From the human T2T-CHM13v2.0 reference genome, Homo sapiens: a DNA stretch of 64,000 bases. The stretch lies in NCBI RefSeq assembly GCF_009914755.1, contig NC_060932.1. One strand, 5' to 3'. Positions 1 through 16,430 of this stretch are shown here, piece after piece; position 1 is the first letter of the stretch, and the number at the start of each line of letters is the position of its first letter. The translations under genes were made by a program, and so were the position numbers. The notes beneath the pieces were generated by a model, which saw only the letters and a program-made list of their open reading frames with translations, was not told the DNA's origin and searched no databases.

Positions 1-984
1 TATAATTTGGATCAAACTCTAAATGTAGCCAGGACATCAGTGGCAGGCTATATTCAGCACTGATGGGAGTCTCAGTGACCTGTAAAGCCTATGTCTCTCT
101 ACACACTTCCTAGTTTGCTCTGCATGAGTCTCTGACCATGCAAATAGCTATATTGTGGCTATACTGTGCAGACAACTCATTCTATTTCAATTTTTTTCCA
201 TGACTTATTATTCAAAATAATGTGATACAATAAAAATCAGATTTGCTATGGTCCCTGACCTCAGGTTTGCTTAGAGTCTCTGCAGGGGTTACAGAGAAGT
301 AATTAGGAAATCAGAAATCAGTGTGGTTAATGTTCTGATGAGGAGGCAACAGGTCCTCATGAGAACAGAGAGAAGAGGTATCTGTTTTATTCTCTGCATC
401 TCTAGTACCTAGTACAGGACCTGGCACATAGTAGGGTCTCACTAAATCTTTGTTGAATGAATGAATAAACTCAGCTGGGTGATCACAGGGTCACTTTTGG
501 GGAAAACTTATGTCTGAGCCAAGTTATTGATATCTACAGGCAGTAAATGAATGGAGGGAATTCTCTCATGTGGATGCAATAAAATTCAGTGTCATAGAAG
601 AACACAAAGCTTAGCAATCTAAATAGTTATCTAAAGCTGTCTTATTTGCAAGTGGGGAGTGGTTTTCAAAAGTGATTGCAGACTGAAGGCTAAGCAGAAG
701 TAACTCTGACTAAAGTATGTATTGGACAAGGTTAGATGAGAACCGGAATTGATTTTATGAATTAGCATTTTTGGTTCTGGCTGTTGTATTTACCATTGCT
801 AAGTTTAGTTTTTAACATATCTTAAAAATAATGATCTTCAAATGAATGAGAAGTATTTTTTGTGAAGCATGGTACAGCTTTCTCCAGGTCTTAACTACTA
901 GTCTTATTCATATTATCTTTGCTTTAAAACAAAACTTTTCTATGTTCTAAATATATCTGTGATAAATCATGAGTTTACCACTAA

Positions 985-1230
985 TAATGGTGGGTCATAT
1001 ATTTGTGTTTTCATATGCCAGGTACTGTATTTAGAGCCTGCCATGGGTTATCTCATTTAATCCGGACAGTGGCCTGTGTGTAAGGAAACCAAACCTAGGG
1101 CTCCCATTTTATAGAAGAGGCAACTAAGTTTTGGGGAAGTTAGATAGTGTGTACCCAAGGTCACTTAGGTAAGCCTAGGACTCACATTTGAATCTAAGTC
1201 TGTCTGACTTCATTTAACCACTAAGCTATA
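985..1230 (+). mobile_element. MIR SINE fragment
   Basis: MIR core-like motifs (atgccaggtactgt, tctcatttaatcc, cccattttatagaagaggcaactaag, cccaaggtcac, atttgaatctaagtctgtctgact); boundaries approximate. Confidence 0.65.
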
Positions 1231-1809
1231 TGTGCTCTTTCCAATGTTTCATATGTCTTATTGTTAAACAAAAAAGGCCCAGGATTTCGTTTTACTTGTG
1301 TATAGATCCTTAGAAAGTTCATCAGTTAAATGAGGAAAGAGTTTGTTGTGAAATAACATATTAAGACTCCCCTAAAGGCAAATTACAGAAACCCACTTTA
1401 AACTAGCCGGCATGGCTGGATGCAGATGCTCCAACAATAAATACTGTGCTCTTCTTCTCTGTGTCTCCTCCTTTCTCCCCTTCCTCTTTCCCCCTCCCTC
1501 CTTATCCCACTGCCCCATTCCCTCTCTCATTCTGCTTTTCTTTGAGTGTTGGCCCATTCTTTCTTGTAACAGAAGCAGCCCCAATTGAAACCAGCTCCAC
1601 CTGTGATCCTAGGAAGAGAGAGCATCTTCTCTGGGAAGAAATGCCCTGGGGAAGACTCTTGGTCATGGGGACTGGGCGCTGTGACAGGACTTCGTGAACT
1701 ACATGGATTGTAGCTGTTGGGGTGACAACATATCCATACTTCATCTTGATAAGACATATCATTTGATGGTTGAAAGCTGTAATTATTTTAAGATAATACA
1801 CAATAGATT

Positions 1810-2430
1810 TTAATAGCTTTATCAAGATATAATTCACATACCATAGGACTTACCCATTTAAAGTGTACAGTTCAATGGTTTTAATGTATTCACAGTTGTG
1901 CAGCTATCACCACTGTCTAATCTGTAACATTTCCATCACCAAAAGAAACTTTGCACCTATTAGCAGTCACTCCCCATTTTTCCCAAGCCCCTCAGCCTTA
2001 AGCAACCACTCATCTACTTTCTGTCTCTATAGATTTGCCTATTTCAGACATTTTGTATGAGTGGGAATCATACGACATGCGGTCTTTTGTGTCTGACTTC
2101 TTTCATTAGCATGTTTTCAAGGTTTGTCTATCTTTGCATATCATCATGCATTTCTTATTATTGCCAAACATTCCATTATATGGATATACCACATTTTATT
2201 TGTCTGTCTGTTGATGGACATTTGGGTTGTTTTCACATTTTCGCAATTATGAATAATGCCACTGTGAACATTTGTGTAGAAGCTTAAGTTTTCAGTTCTT
2301 TTGTGTGTATACCTGGTAGTGGAATTGCTGGGTCATAGGATAACTGTGCCTAACATTTTGAGGAGCTGTTTTCAAAGTGACTGTACCATTTTACATTCTC
2401 ACCATCAATGTGTGATGGTTCCAGTTTCTT
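1810..2430 (-). mobile_element. Old L1M (L1MA/MB-like) 3' fragment
   Basis: Typical antisense L1M 3' end text (tttatcaagatataattcacatacc...tttaaagtgtacagttcaatgg...gttgatggacatttgggttgtttt...ggaattgctgggtcata). Confidence 0.75.
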
Positions 2431-3960
2431 TACATTAAATAATGGCCTGTTTACTTGTCTTCTTGCCTTGTATTGGAGTTCTCCCAGTGGGTTCTGAATC
2501 TGCTCCACCTCATCCAGTTGTCCAGGTAAGCAGACCATGTTGATCAAAGGATCAGAAGTGTATGTTTGTTTGTTTTTCTTTTTCTTTATAAATTTCATTA
2601 TTTACAAACCTTGACAGGGATTATTCTTATTTTCATATTAAGAAAGAAGTTGTAAATACCAGAGGTTACTTGGTTGAGGTAGGAACAGGGATTTGTATTT
2701 AGGATTTATTAGGTGTTAGAGAGCTGCTTGCTTCAGATCTGCAGTGTCAGCCTACTTTGATATGATAGGTGGCATTCATATGACACACATTCTCACTTGT
2801 GTTCACTGTGTTATATGTAGTTCCCAGCAAACTAGTTGTATCTCTACTGTTTTTTTCCTAGAAATGTGAGGGCAAGAGTAATGTTTTAGGAATAATCTTT
2901 ATTAAATTGTTCATAAACTTGACTTTTAATTTTCATTAGTATTAATTACTTGCAGCACACCAAAACTGAGCTGCTTTTCTGTGATTCACAATTGTTGCTT
3001 CTGACTACTTTATTATGCCGACTTTTGTTATCAGCCCTGTAGGGCTATTTAACATTCACCTTGAAGTCAGTATAAAATTTGATACTCTGGCAGTCTGTAT
3101 TCAGAGATGCATAGATGGTCTTCCATCGGTGGCTTTCTCCCTAGCCCTAGAGCAGTCCATGTATCCAGACTCCATATTGAGTCTTGCCTTCTCAGCACAA
3201 CATAAGAGAATCTATGTTGATCACACATTATGCAAAAATCTATGTTGATCTCTTGCCGCTGATTTGCCACATATCACTATATAGCTTGAAAGTCAAGAAC
3301 TTGTGATTTAGAATTGCTGTTCAGCTCATGCTTAATATTTTAATGACATCAAGCAATAGCAAGAAGAGATTACACATATTGGCAGCACCTTCTAAACTTG
3401 GGATAATGTGGTGATCTCCGTAAGATAAAACAGGAGCTTGCAGGTATTTAACAACAGATTTTTGTAAAGCTGATAATGTGCCAGGGATAGGTGCTGGGGG
3501 ATACAATAAACAAAATGGATAAAAATCTCTGTCCTTATAAAATGTACATCCCAGTGATTAATGATTTACTGTGAGATCATTTATAATGTGTAACATCCAG
3601 ATAAAAAAACTATTGTGATTTTTTTTTGGTAGCAGTGTCTGAACACTTTAAAATTCTAAAAAAGAAAAGTAAGGAATTAAAAATGTTTAAATTGGTGCAT
3701 TTAGCTAGTATATTATGTAAGTAATTATTGGCTAAGTACCCCAAAGACAAGGTATTACAGATCCCAATCTAATCATTAAAAGTTAACACTTTTTATATTG
3801 ACCTGATCCTTATTGAAAAGTGTATTATTTTAGTGAGAGGCAGTGCAATCTCAAAATCAACATCATACCTCTAAATTGATAAGTTGATGTTGTATCAAAT
3901 AGAAATTTCATGATAATGAGGCAGGTCAGTATTTGAATTTTTCAGTTCTTTAGAAGCATA

Positions 3961-4150
3961 ATTTGAAGACTTGTAAAATTAATAGGACCGTTGAAATTGA
4001 CTTTTATTTTTAAACATCAGACAGGTAATGTGCTGATGTAAAAAGGTTGAGGAAGAAGATTTGGAATCTTGTAAAATTAATAGGACAGTTGAAATTGACC
4101 TTTATTTTTAAACATCACACAGTAATGTGCTGATATTGTAAAAAAGTTTG
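3961..4150. repeat. Local tandem duplication, ~98-bp period, 2 copies
   Basis: cttgtaaaattaataggac.gttgaaattgac.tttatttttaaacatca.aca..taatgtgctgat occurs at 3970 and 4068. Confidence 0.9.
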
Positions 4151-4384
4151 GGTTTCCACACTCACATGTGAGTTATCACATGTGATATTTATCATCACAT
4201 GTTGTCACATAAGTTATCATCACACTTAGGAATTACAAAAGGATCAAAATAGACCTTTTTTTTTTAAATGGATTTGGGTACTTTTTACCCAGTAGTACCA
4301 GGCACCTGGAGATGAATGCTTTCAAGTGAAATAAGAAAGGATCACAATTCTTATTTGGGCTAATGCTTCTGATAGGCACAGCAG

Positions 4385-5390
4385 GAATGAATGAATGAAT
4401 AAATGAATGAATGAATCTTATTAGCATATATAATAAATAAGTAAAAAACTTTACAAGATAATTTTAGTTAGTGATAAGTACTGTAGAGTCAGTAAAATGG
4501 GGTCTATGATAAGCGAATTAGCTATTCACTTGAATACCTAGTAAATATCTAAACTTATTGTGGCCAAAAGGGAACTCCTGATTCCCCTCACCACCAGCTT
4601 CTCATCAGGGGATGCTTCTGTAGATTGTGAGGTCTGGGAAGCTTTTGAAGATGTTATTTGAGTTGAGATGTGAATGGTGAAGTATCTGTGTGCATTCCAG
4701 GTATGGAGGTGGGGAAGCATTGGCTTAGGGGTGGAAATGAGTTTAGTGTGTTGGAGACAGTCAGTATGAAATGTTGAAATGTAGCCAGAAAAGAGATAGT
4801 GGTAGATGTCAGGCTAGAGAGGTAGAAGCGGCCTTGATCTTTTAGGACAGCATAAAGAGTTAGGATTTCACTTTAATCGTGGCATTAAGTCTGTAGAGTG
4901 TTCTAGGTCTGGGGATTGATGGCCTCATGACTGTGGCTACTGCATAGAGGCAGAAGAGGAAATGGGGACCTTTCTGAGCTGTTGTCTGGGTAAGAAGCCA
5001 TAGCAGCCATCTAGATGGAGCCTGGGTCAGCTTTGGCAATGTACTTTGCAGACAGAGCTAAAGAACTTAAGTGTGGATTCTATGTGGAAGGCAGGAGATG
5101 AGTAGTCAAGAGTTGATTTCTAAGTTTTGGTTGAGCAACTGAACGTGTGATGGTTCAGTTACTGAGATGGGGAAAATTGGAGGAGAAGTTGGTGGTGAGG
5201 GGAATCAGAAGATCCCTTTCGGACACAATAGATTTTAGATACTTATTAGATAGTCAAGTGAGGTAGCTTAGTGGGCAGTTGAATAAATGTGTGTAGTTCA
5301 GTGGCGACATCGACTAAAATGACAAAGGTAGGTGTCAGCAAAGTAGAGCTGACTTCAAAGCCATAAGACTGGATGAACTCCCTAAGGGGA
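4385..5390 (-). mobile_element. L2 LINE fragments
   Basis: (gaat)n end at 4386 and degenerate L2-like text (ctaagttttggttgagcaactg, ttactgagatggggaaaattggaggagaag, agccataagactggatga); boundaries approximate. Confidence 0.55.
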
Positions 5391-5729
5391 TGGGCTCTTC
5401 AGTTTACTTCCTTAAATTGAGAAAGTTGGACAGGATGGACTTTTTTTTTTTTCCTGCATTAATTCATTTTATTTTATTTTATTTTATTTTAATTTTATTT
5501 TATTATTTTTTAATTAATTAATTTATTATTATTATACTTTTAGGGTACATGTGCACAATGTGCAGGTTAGTTACGTATGTATACATGTGCCATGCTGGTG
5601 CGCTGCACCCACTAACTCATCATCTAGCATTAGGTATATCTCCCAATGCTATCCCTCCCCCCTCCCCCCACCCCACAACACTCCCCAGAGTGTGATGTTC
5701 CCCTTCCTGTGTCCATGTGTTCTCATTGT

Positions 5730-9552
<3,823 letters not shown>

Positions 9553-9615
9553 TATGATGTTAGCTGGTTATTTTGCTCATTAGTTGATGCAGTTTCTTCC
9601 TAGTCTCGATGGTCT

Positions 9616-10630
9616 TTACATTTTGGCATGATTTTGCAGCGGCTGGTACCGCTTGTTCCTTTCCATGTTTAGCGCTTCCTTTAGGAGCTCTTTTAGGGCA
9701 GGCCTGGTGGTGACAAAATCTCTCAGCATTTGCTTGTCTCTAAAGTATTTTATTTCTCCTTCACTTATGAAGCTTAGTTTGGCTGGATATGAAATTCTGG
9801 GTTGAAAATTCTTTTCTTTAAGAATGTTGAATATTGGCCCCCACTCTCTTCTGGCCTGTAGAGTTTCTGCCGAGAGATCCACTGTTAGTCTGATGGGCTT
9901 CCCTTTGAGGGTAAGCCGACCTTTCTCTCTGGCTGCCCTTAACATTTTTTCCTTCATTTCAACTTTGGTGAATCTGACAATTACGTGTCTTGGAGTTGCT
10001 CTTCTCGAGGAGTATCTTTGTGGTGTTCTCTGTATTTCCTGATCTGAATGTTGGCCTGCCTTGCTAGATTGGGGAAGTTCTCCTGGATAATATCCTGCAG
10101 AGTGTTTTCCAACTTGGTTCCATTCTCCCCGTCACTTTCAGGTACACCAGTCAGACGTAGATTTGGTCTTTTCACATAGTCCCATATTTCTTGGAGGCTT
10201 TGCTCGTTTCTTTTTATTCTTTTTTCTCTAAACTTCCCTTCTCGCTTCATTTCATTCATTTCATCTTCCATCGCTGATACCCTTTCTTCCAGTTGATCGC
10301 ATTGGCTCCTGAGGCTTCTGCATTCTTCATGTAGTTCTCTAGCCTTGGTTTTCAGCTGCATCAGCTCCTTTAAGCACTTCTCTGTATTGGTTATTCTAGT
10401 TATACATTCTTCTAAATTTTTTTCAAAGTTTTCAACTTCTTTGCCTTTGGTTTAAATGTCCTCCCATAGCTCGGAGTAATTTGATCGTCTGAAGCCTTCT
10501 TCTCTCAGCTCGTCAAAGTCATTCTCCGTCCAGCTTTGTTCCGTTGCTGGTGAGGAACTGCGTTCCTTTGGAGGAGGAGAGTCGCTCTGCTTTTCAGAGT
10601 TTCCAGTTTTTCTGCTCTGTTTTTCCCCAT
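9616..10630 (-). pseudogene. L1 ORF1p, frameshifted
   Basis: ATGGGGAAAA start at 10630; ORF1 peptides in two frames (EIWDYVKRPNLRL at 9981-10361; ARREWGPIF...YQPLQNHAKM at 9616-9957); frameshift near 10040. Confidence 0.93.
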
Positions 10631-11086
10631 CTTTGTGGTTTTATCTACTTTTGGTCTTTGACGATGGTGATGTACAGATGGGTTTTTGGTGTGGATGTCC
10701 TTTCTGTTTGTTAGTTTTCCTTCTAACAGACAGGACCCTCAGCTGCAGGTCTGTTGGAGTACCCGGCTGTGTGAGGTGTCAGTCTGCCCCTGCTGGGGGG
10801 GTGCCTCCCAGTTAGGCTGCTTGGGGGTCAGGGGTCAGGGACCCACTTGAGGAGGCAGTCTGCCCGTTCTCAGATCTCCAGCTGCATTCTGGGAGAACCA
10901 CTGCTCTCTTCAAAGCTGTCAGACAGGGACATTTAAGTCAGCAGAGGTTACTGCTGTCTTTTTGTTTGTCTGCGCCCTGCCCCCAGAGGTGGAGCCTACA
11001 GAGGCAGGCAGGCCTCCTTGAGCTGTGGTGGGGTCCACCCAGTGGGAGCTTCCCAGCTGCTTTGTTTACCTAAGCAAGCCTGGGCA

Positions 11087-11605
11087 ATGGCGGGCGCCCC
11101 TCCCCCAGCCTCGCTGCTGCCTTGCAGTTTGATCTCAGACTGTTGTGCTAGCAATCAGCGAGACTCCGTGGGCGTAGGACCCTCCAAGCCACGTGCGGGA
11201 TATAATCTCCTGATGCGCCGTTTTTTAAGCCCGTCGGAAAAGCACAGTATTCGGGTGGGAGTGACCCGATTTTCCAGGTGCCGTCTGTCACCCCTTTCTT
11301 TGACTAGGAAAGGGAACTTCCTGACCCCTTGCGCTTCCCGAGTGAGGCAATGCCTCGCCCTGCTTCAGTGTGCATGGTGCGCACACCCACTGACCTGCGC
11401 CCGCTGTCTGGCGATCCCTAGTGAGATGAACCTGGTACCTCAGATGGAAATGCAGAAATCACCCGTCTTCTGCGTCGCTCACACTGGGAGCTGTAGACTG
11501 GAGCTGTTCCTATTCAGCCATCTTGGCTCCTCCCCAGGATGGTCTTTAAGGTCCCATCTTTTCCAAAAAGTGAGATGTTTATTGAATTTTAGAGAGTCTC
11601 TGTAA
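11087..11605 (+). CDS. L1 ORF0-like antisense ORF, extended to 172 aa and running out of the element into flank
   Basis: ATG at 11087 gives MAGAPPPASLLPCSLISDCCASNQRDSVGVGPS, the ORF0 N-terminus; no stop until 11603-11605; expression unknown. Confidence 0.5.
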   Translation: MAGAPPPASLLPCSLISDCCASNQRDSVGVGPSKPRAGYNLLMRRFLSPSEKHSIRVGVTRFSRCRLSPLSLTRKGNFLTPCASRVRQCLALLQCAWCAHPLTCARCLAIPSEMNLVPQMEMQKSPVFCVAHTGSCRLELFLFSHLGSSPGWSLRSHLFQKVRCLLNFRESL

Positions 11606-11854
11606 GAAACTTGAAATTGATGGGAATTTTCTGTAAAATGCTTTAGCTTCTTTTAAATCATGAAAAGGATGAATGGGAAGAAATACAGACATTTAAATAT
11701 TCCACATCTGTATTCATTCTGAAATTGCTTGTCCACAAAACATGGTATGTAACTGTGATAAAATATCCTTCTGAAAGTGAAAATAATCTCCTTCGTATTG
11801 TAAATTTTCAGTTAAACCCAAATGCTGGTCAATGTGAACTTATTTTTATTAAAA

Positions 11855-12260
11855 AAATTTTAAACAGCTTTATTGAGGAGTAAGTGACACCCAAGCTGCA
11901 CATATTAGAAGTGTAAAGTTTGATGTTTTGACATAGGTATCCACCCATAAAGCTATCACCACTGAAGATAATAGACATATTTGTCACCCCGACAGTTTCC
12001 TCTTACCCTTCAGTACTGTCTCCCTCCTGCCTCTGATCCACAGCCAGTCACTGATAAGGTTTTTATAACTGTAGATTAGTTTGCATTTTCTAATTTATAT
12101 ATTATATAAATAGAATCATGCGGTGGGTAATCTTCTTTTATTCTGGCTTCTTTCACTCAACATAATTATTTTGAGATTTATCCATGCTGTTTGTGTGTCA
12201 GTAGTTCATTTTTTTAATTCATTAAGTAATATCCTATTGTATGGATATACCAGATTCATT
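11855..12260 (-). mobile_element. Old L1M 3' fragment
   Basis: acagctttattgagg...tagattagtttgcattttct...ttctggcttctttcactcaacataatt...ttgagattt. Confidence 0.7.
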
Positions 12261-12341
12261 TTTGGAGTCATAATGAGGTTAGACTACCTTCTTTTTCCCT
12301 TCAGCAGGTCTTCTGATTTGCTGGCATTATTTGTAACCACC

Positions 12342-12812
12342 TGTGAGTCTAGAAAATTTGAGACAGGTCTCAGTTAATTTAGAAAGCTTATTTTGCCAAG
12401 GTTGAGGATGCATGCCCCTGATACAGCCTCAGGAAGTCCCGACGACATGTGCCCAGGGTGGCTGGGACACAGCTTAGTTTTATACATTTTAGGGAGACGT
12501 GAGACATCAGTCAACATATGTAAGAAGTACATTGGTTGGGTCCGGAAAGGCAGGACAACTTGAAGCAAACACAGGAAGACTTGAAGCTGGGAAGGAACTT
12601 CTAGGTCACAGATAGGTGAGAGAGGAATGGTTGCATTCTCTGAGTTTTTGATTAACCTTTCCAAAGGAGGCAGTCAGATATGCATCTATCTTAGTGAATA
12701 GAGGGGTGACTTTGAATAGAAGGAGAGGCAGGTTGGCCTTAAGCAGTTCCCAGCTTGACTTTTCCCTTTAGCTTGGTGATTTAGGGGCCCCAGTATTTAT
12801 TTTCCTTTCACA
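12342..12812 (-). mobile_element. MER4A/MER4A1 solo LTR (ERV1)
   Basis: TG...CA termini; - strand begins tgtgaaaggaaaataaat...gggaaaagtcaagctgggaactgc; 4-bp TSD CACC at 12338-12341 and 12813-12816. Confidence 0.85.
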
Positions 12813-14619
12813 CACCTAAGAGACTAAATGTGTGAGTATATATACACACAGAGACACACTCCGAACTGTCTTTATAGAAGGGCTTCCTTGTTGTATTTAT
12901 CCCCCTTCATCCTGTTCAGGGATGAGCTTCCTGGCTTTCATTTACCAGAGCAAGCTTGACAGTGTTGTGGATAGGAAGCAGGCCCACCCTTTCTATGTGT
13001 CTGTGTTCTGTGTGATTTTTGGGGATGTGTGTATGTTGTTGAGCTTTATTTTTTATCTGGATTGTGTTTAGTTCAGGAGGTCACCTGAAATAAAACTGAA
13101 GCTTCATAGTTTAGCCTTTACTTGGGCTTCATAGTTTAGCAGTTGTGAATGCAGTTAATCTAGTACCTTTAATTTCACAAGGGAGTATAAGTAAATTTTT
13201 TTCTCAGTTCATAGGAATTTTGTATAGTTGGTTAAGACACAGATCAAAAAGAGACAAACACTCATTCAGGTGGTAGGTAGATGCCTACCTTTAATCTCTG
13301 TGTTGTCTTGATTAAATCACTTGCTTTCTGCTTCTGTTTTTGTGCATTTGGAAAAGTTCACTGCTTTTTGGTTCATGTGGATGATCTGAGAATACACTTG
13401 GGGATTTGTGAGTTAATTACTCTCTGGCTGTTTTTAACATCATCAGTTTACCATGGAGTTTAAGGATGTTTGGGCTTTAGCCTGGCAGTTCTCTGTGCTG
13501 TTGTCTGGGGTTGTCTGGGGAGGAAGAGAGGATGTTGTGTCTGATATCTACAGGCCTGTCCTGGCAGAATAGGGCCTCTCACTGGCTGAACTGGGTGTGT
13601 TTGGTTTATGTGGGATTAGAATGCACAGTGGCCATATAATTCAGGAGACAAGAAAGAGCCTTGAGAGGAATGTCAAATAAATCTCTCTACTTTGTGTACT
13701 CATGATGCTTGTTCTCTATGTAATAAAAGACTTAGTGATCATCATTTGTATTGTTCATTTAATTGTCCTTTTACTAGCCTGTAAGTTTTGTGAGTGCAGG
13801 GACAACCATGTCTGTGTTCATCCATTATACTTATACAAGAAGTACTTACTGAATGTTGAATAAGGTGTCTTTATGCTTCTTGTATTTATTTTACATTTGT
13901 AGTTATAGAGTTTCTAATTGTAGGAATTAATATTAACATCTTTAAGCCCTTTAGGAAAGATGGAAGGTAAATATGAACTGTTTATTAGTCTGCTCCCCTT
14001 GACTTTAAGCAAACTCTTGAAGCATGATTCTCCCCCTCCCTCATTTTTTCTTTCAGTGAATGAAAAGCACAAATGGAGCCAGGCCTTCCACTCAGGGATT
14101 GGTAGGAATGCAAAGATGAATAAAATTGTTCCCAAGCCTTAAGAAGCTCACAGTCTAAATGGAAAGTCAACCTTATAGGCCAGTGACAATTTAATATAAG
14201 CACTTACAGAAATTATTTTAAAAGTATTTTGGGAGCCCAGAAAATATGAATAAAGGCTCTTGTTTCTAGCTTGAGGAGCTGGGTAGAAGTGACCCCATTA
14301 AGTAAAATAGGAGATCCAGGAGGAAAGGAGGCAGATTTGATAGGATGAGGAGACAGGTTAGGGTGCAAGTGCAGTAAGAATTCAGTTTTGGGTGATTTTA
14401 GTTTGATTTTTCTGCAGAATGTTATTTTTTTTTCTAGGTAATTTGTAGATTTTTATGCTGGTTTATAAAAAGCTCTTTCCCCAATTGGTAGCTTTGAATT
14501 CATCTTCAGTATTTATGGGGAAGTCATAGTTCTTGAATCAGATGTTCTGCATTACCTTACCAAAGTTGACTCTACCAGTAGTGAAGCCAACAAGGAAAAA
14601 GATCTGCTGCTATGGATAT

Positions 14620-16430
14620 CTAAAAGACCATTTCATGTTAGTACTTACGGGACTGCCTCATTCTTTGTGTTGGCTGTAGAGCGTTCATTCCATCGACTGA
14701 ATGTAACATGCTTTAGTAGTCCCCATCTTTTCCACTTTTCCTATTATATCAGTGCTGAAATACATATGCATAAATGTAAATACATCATCTCTCACATTTC
14801 TAAATTATTCTCCATTAATATTATATCGATATATACTTTTACCAACAATGTTTTAGTGTGCCTGTTTCCTTATACCCTCACCAGTGCAGAGTGCTACTAA
14901 AGTTTATCTGATAGGTGAAAATGTTATTTTATTCTGATTTTTAACTTCCATTTCTCTTATTATAGAGTTTGGGCATCTTTTCATATGAATGAGTCATTTG
15001 TAATTCTTTTTCTCAGAGCTGACTGTGCCTATACTCTACCTATTTTTCTGTTATATGGTTACTGTTTTATTATTGATATGTAGGAACTTTAGATATATTA
15101 AGGAAATAAGCTCTTGGCGATGTGACATACTGTTGCTTTTAAGTTTGTTGTTTGTCCTTTGACTTTGCTTACCGTGTTTTGCCATGAGGGATATTTTTAT
15201 ATTTATGTAATGGAATTGTACTAATTTTAAAAATTGCTTCCAAATTTTGTGTTACACTCAAAACATTTCAGATATTACCTTTATCATATTCTGAATACCT
15301 GTTATGTGTTTGACTCTATCTCGGGAATTCCAGTTATATTTTATTGATCTATCTGCTTATTTGCTCATCATTCTAGCTTTTAAAAAGATTTGTTCTAGTC
15401 TCTGAAAGTGCAGTCAATCCACCGTCATTACAAATTTCTTGGCTATCTCACATGTTTATATTTCTCTATTAATTTTTAAATTGACTTTTGTTTTTAAAAA
15501 AGCCTATTGACATTTTTATTGTATGGACTTATATTTAATGATTAACATAAGGAGAAATGAACATCTTTATGATTCTGAGTCTTCCTGTCCAAGAATGGTG
15601 TGCTTTTTCCCTTTATTCAAGTGAAGCTCTTTGAGCAGGGGTACCTGCTTTGGACAGTTATGTGAACCTCTGTTTCATTATAGCCATTACCTATATTTGA
15701 GTCTAATACATAAGATTTAACAAAAAACTAAAAAGCCAATATTTGTGTAACCACCCTGGGCAAAAAGTAGAGTATTACCAGCCCACAAAATTTCCCTGTT
15801 TGTCTGTCACTATTGTAACCTGTTCTCTCCTTTCATAGGTAATACTTTAGTGACTTCAGTGATAATCACTTTCATGTTCTTCTTTATAATTTTATGAATT
15901 TTGTAAGCATTCCTAGACAAATGGTTTATTACTTGCTTTTCGGAACTTCTGTGAAATAGGTTTATATGTTACAATGTATTCTGAATTGATTCAATGGATG
16001 TATGGTTTCTTCTGCACAACATTATGTGTTGAAGTCAGTTCATATTTTTATAAGGAGTTATAGTTCTTTCGCTTTCATTTTTCTGTGTAGTTTCCCATTG
16101 TGTGGATATACCACAATATATTTAGCCATTTTGCTGTTAATGTTTTTTTTTTCTTTTTGCATTTGGCTATGATGAACAACATCGTGTTGAATATTCTTGT
16201 ACATGTATCTCCTACCCCATGTTAAACATGTGGGTATTGGAGTGGTTGGTCACTATTTTCAATCCTGTAAGAAAATGCTGAGCTTTTTTCTAAAGTAATT
16301 TTTGGCCATGTGTGAGAAATCCCATTGCTCTGCATCATAGTGTATCTTGGTATTGTGAGACTTTAAAATTTGGACAATCTGGTGGGTGTATAATGGTGTC
16401 TTATTTCTGTTTAATTTGTATATTTGTATT
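14620..16430 (-). mobile_element. Degenerate old L1M (L1ME/MC-like) fragments
   Basis: Scattered antisense L1 motifs (catcttttcatatg, tgagtcttcctgtccaagaat, ccattgtgtggatataccacaat); boundaries approximate. Confidence 0.55.

Noticed and set aside
13101-13140. 15-bp direct repeat gcttcatagtttagc (and similarly aatctatgttgatc at about 3209/3237)
   Set aside because: Isolated micro-duplications with no further structure.
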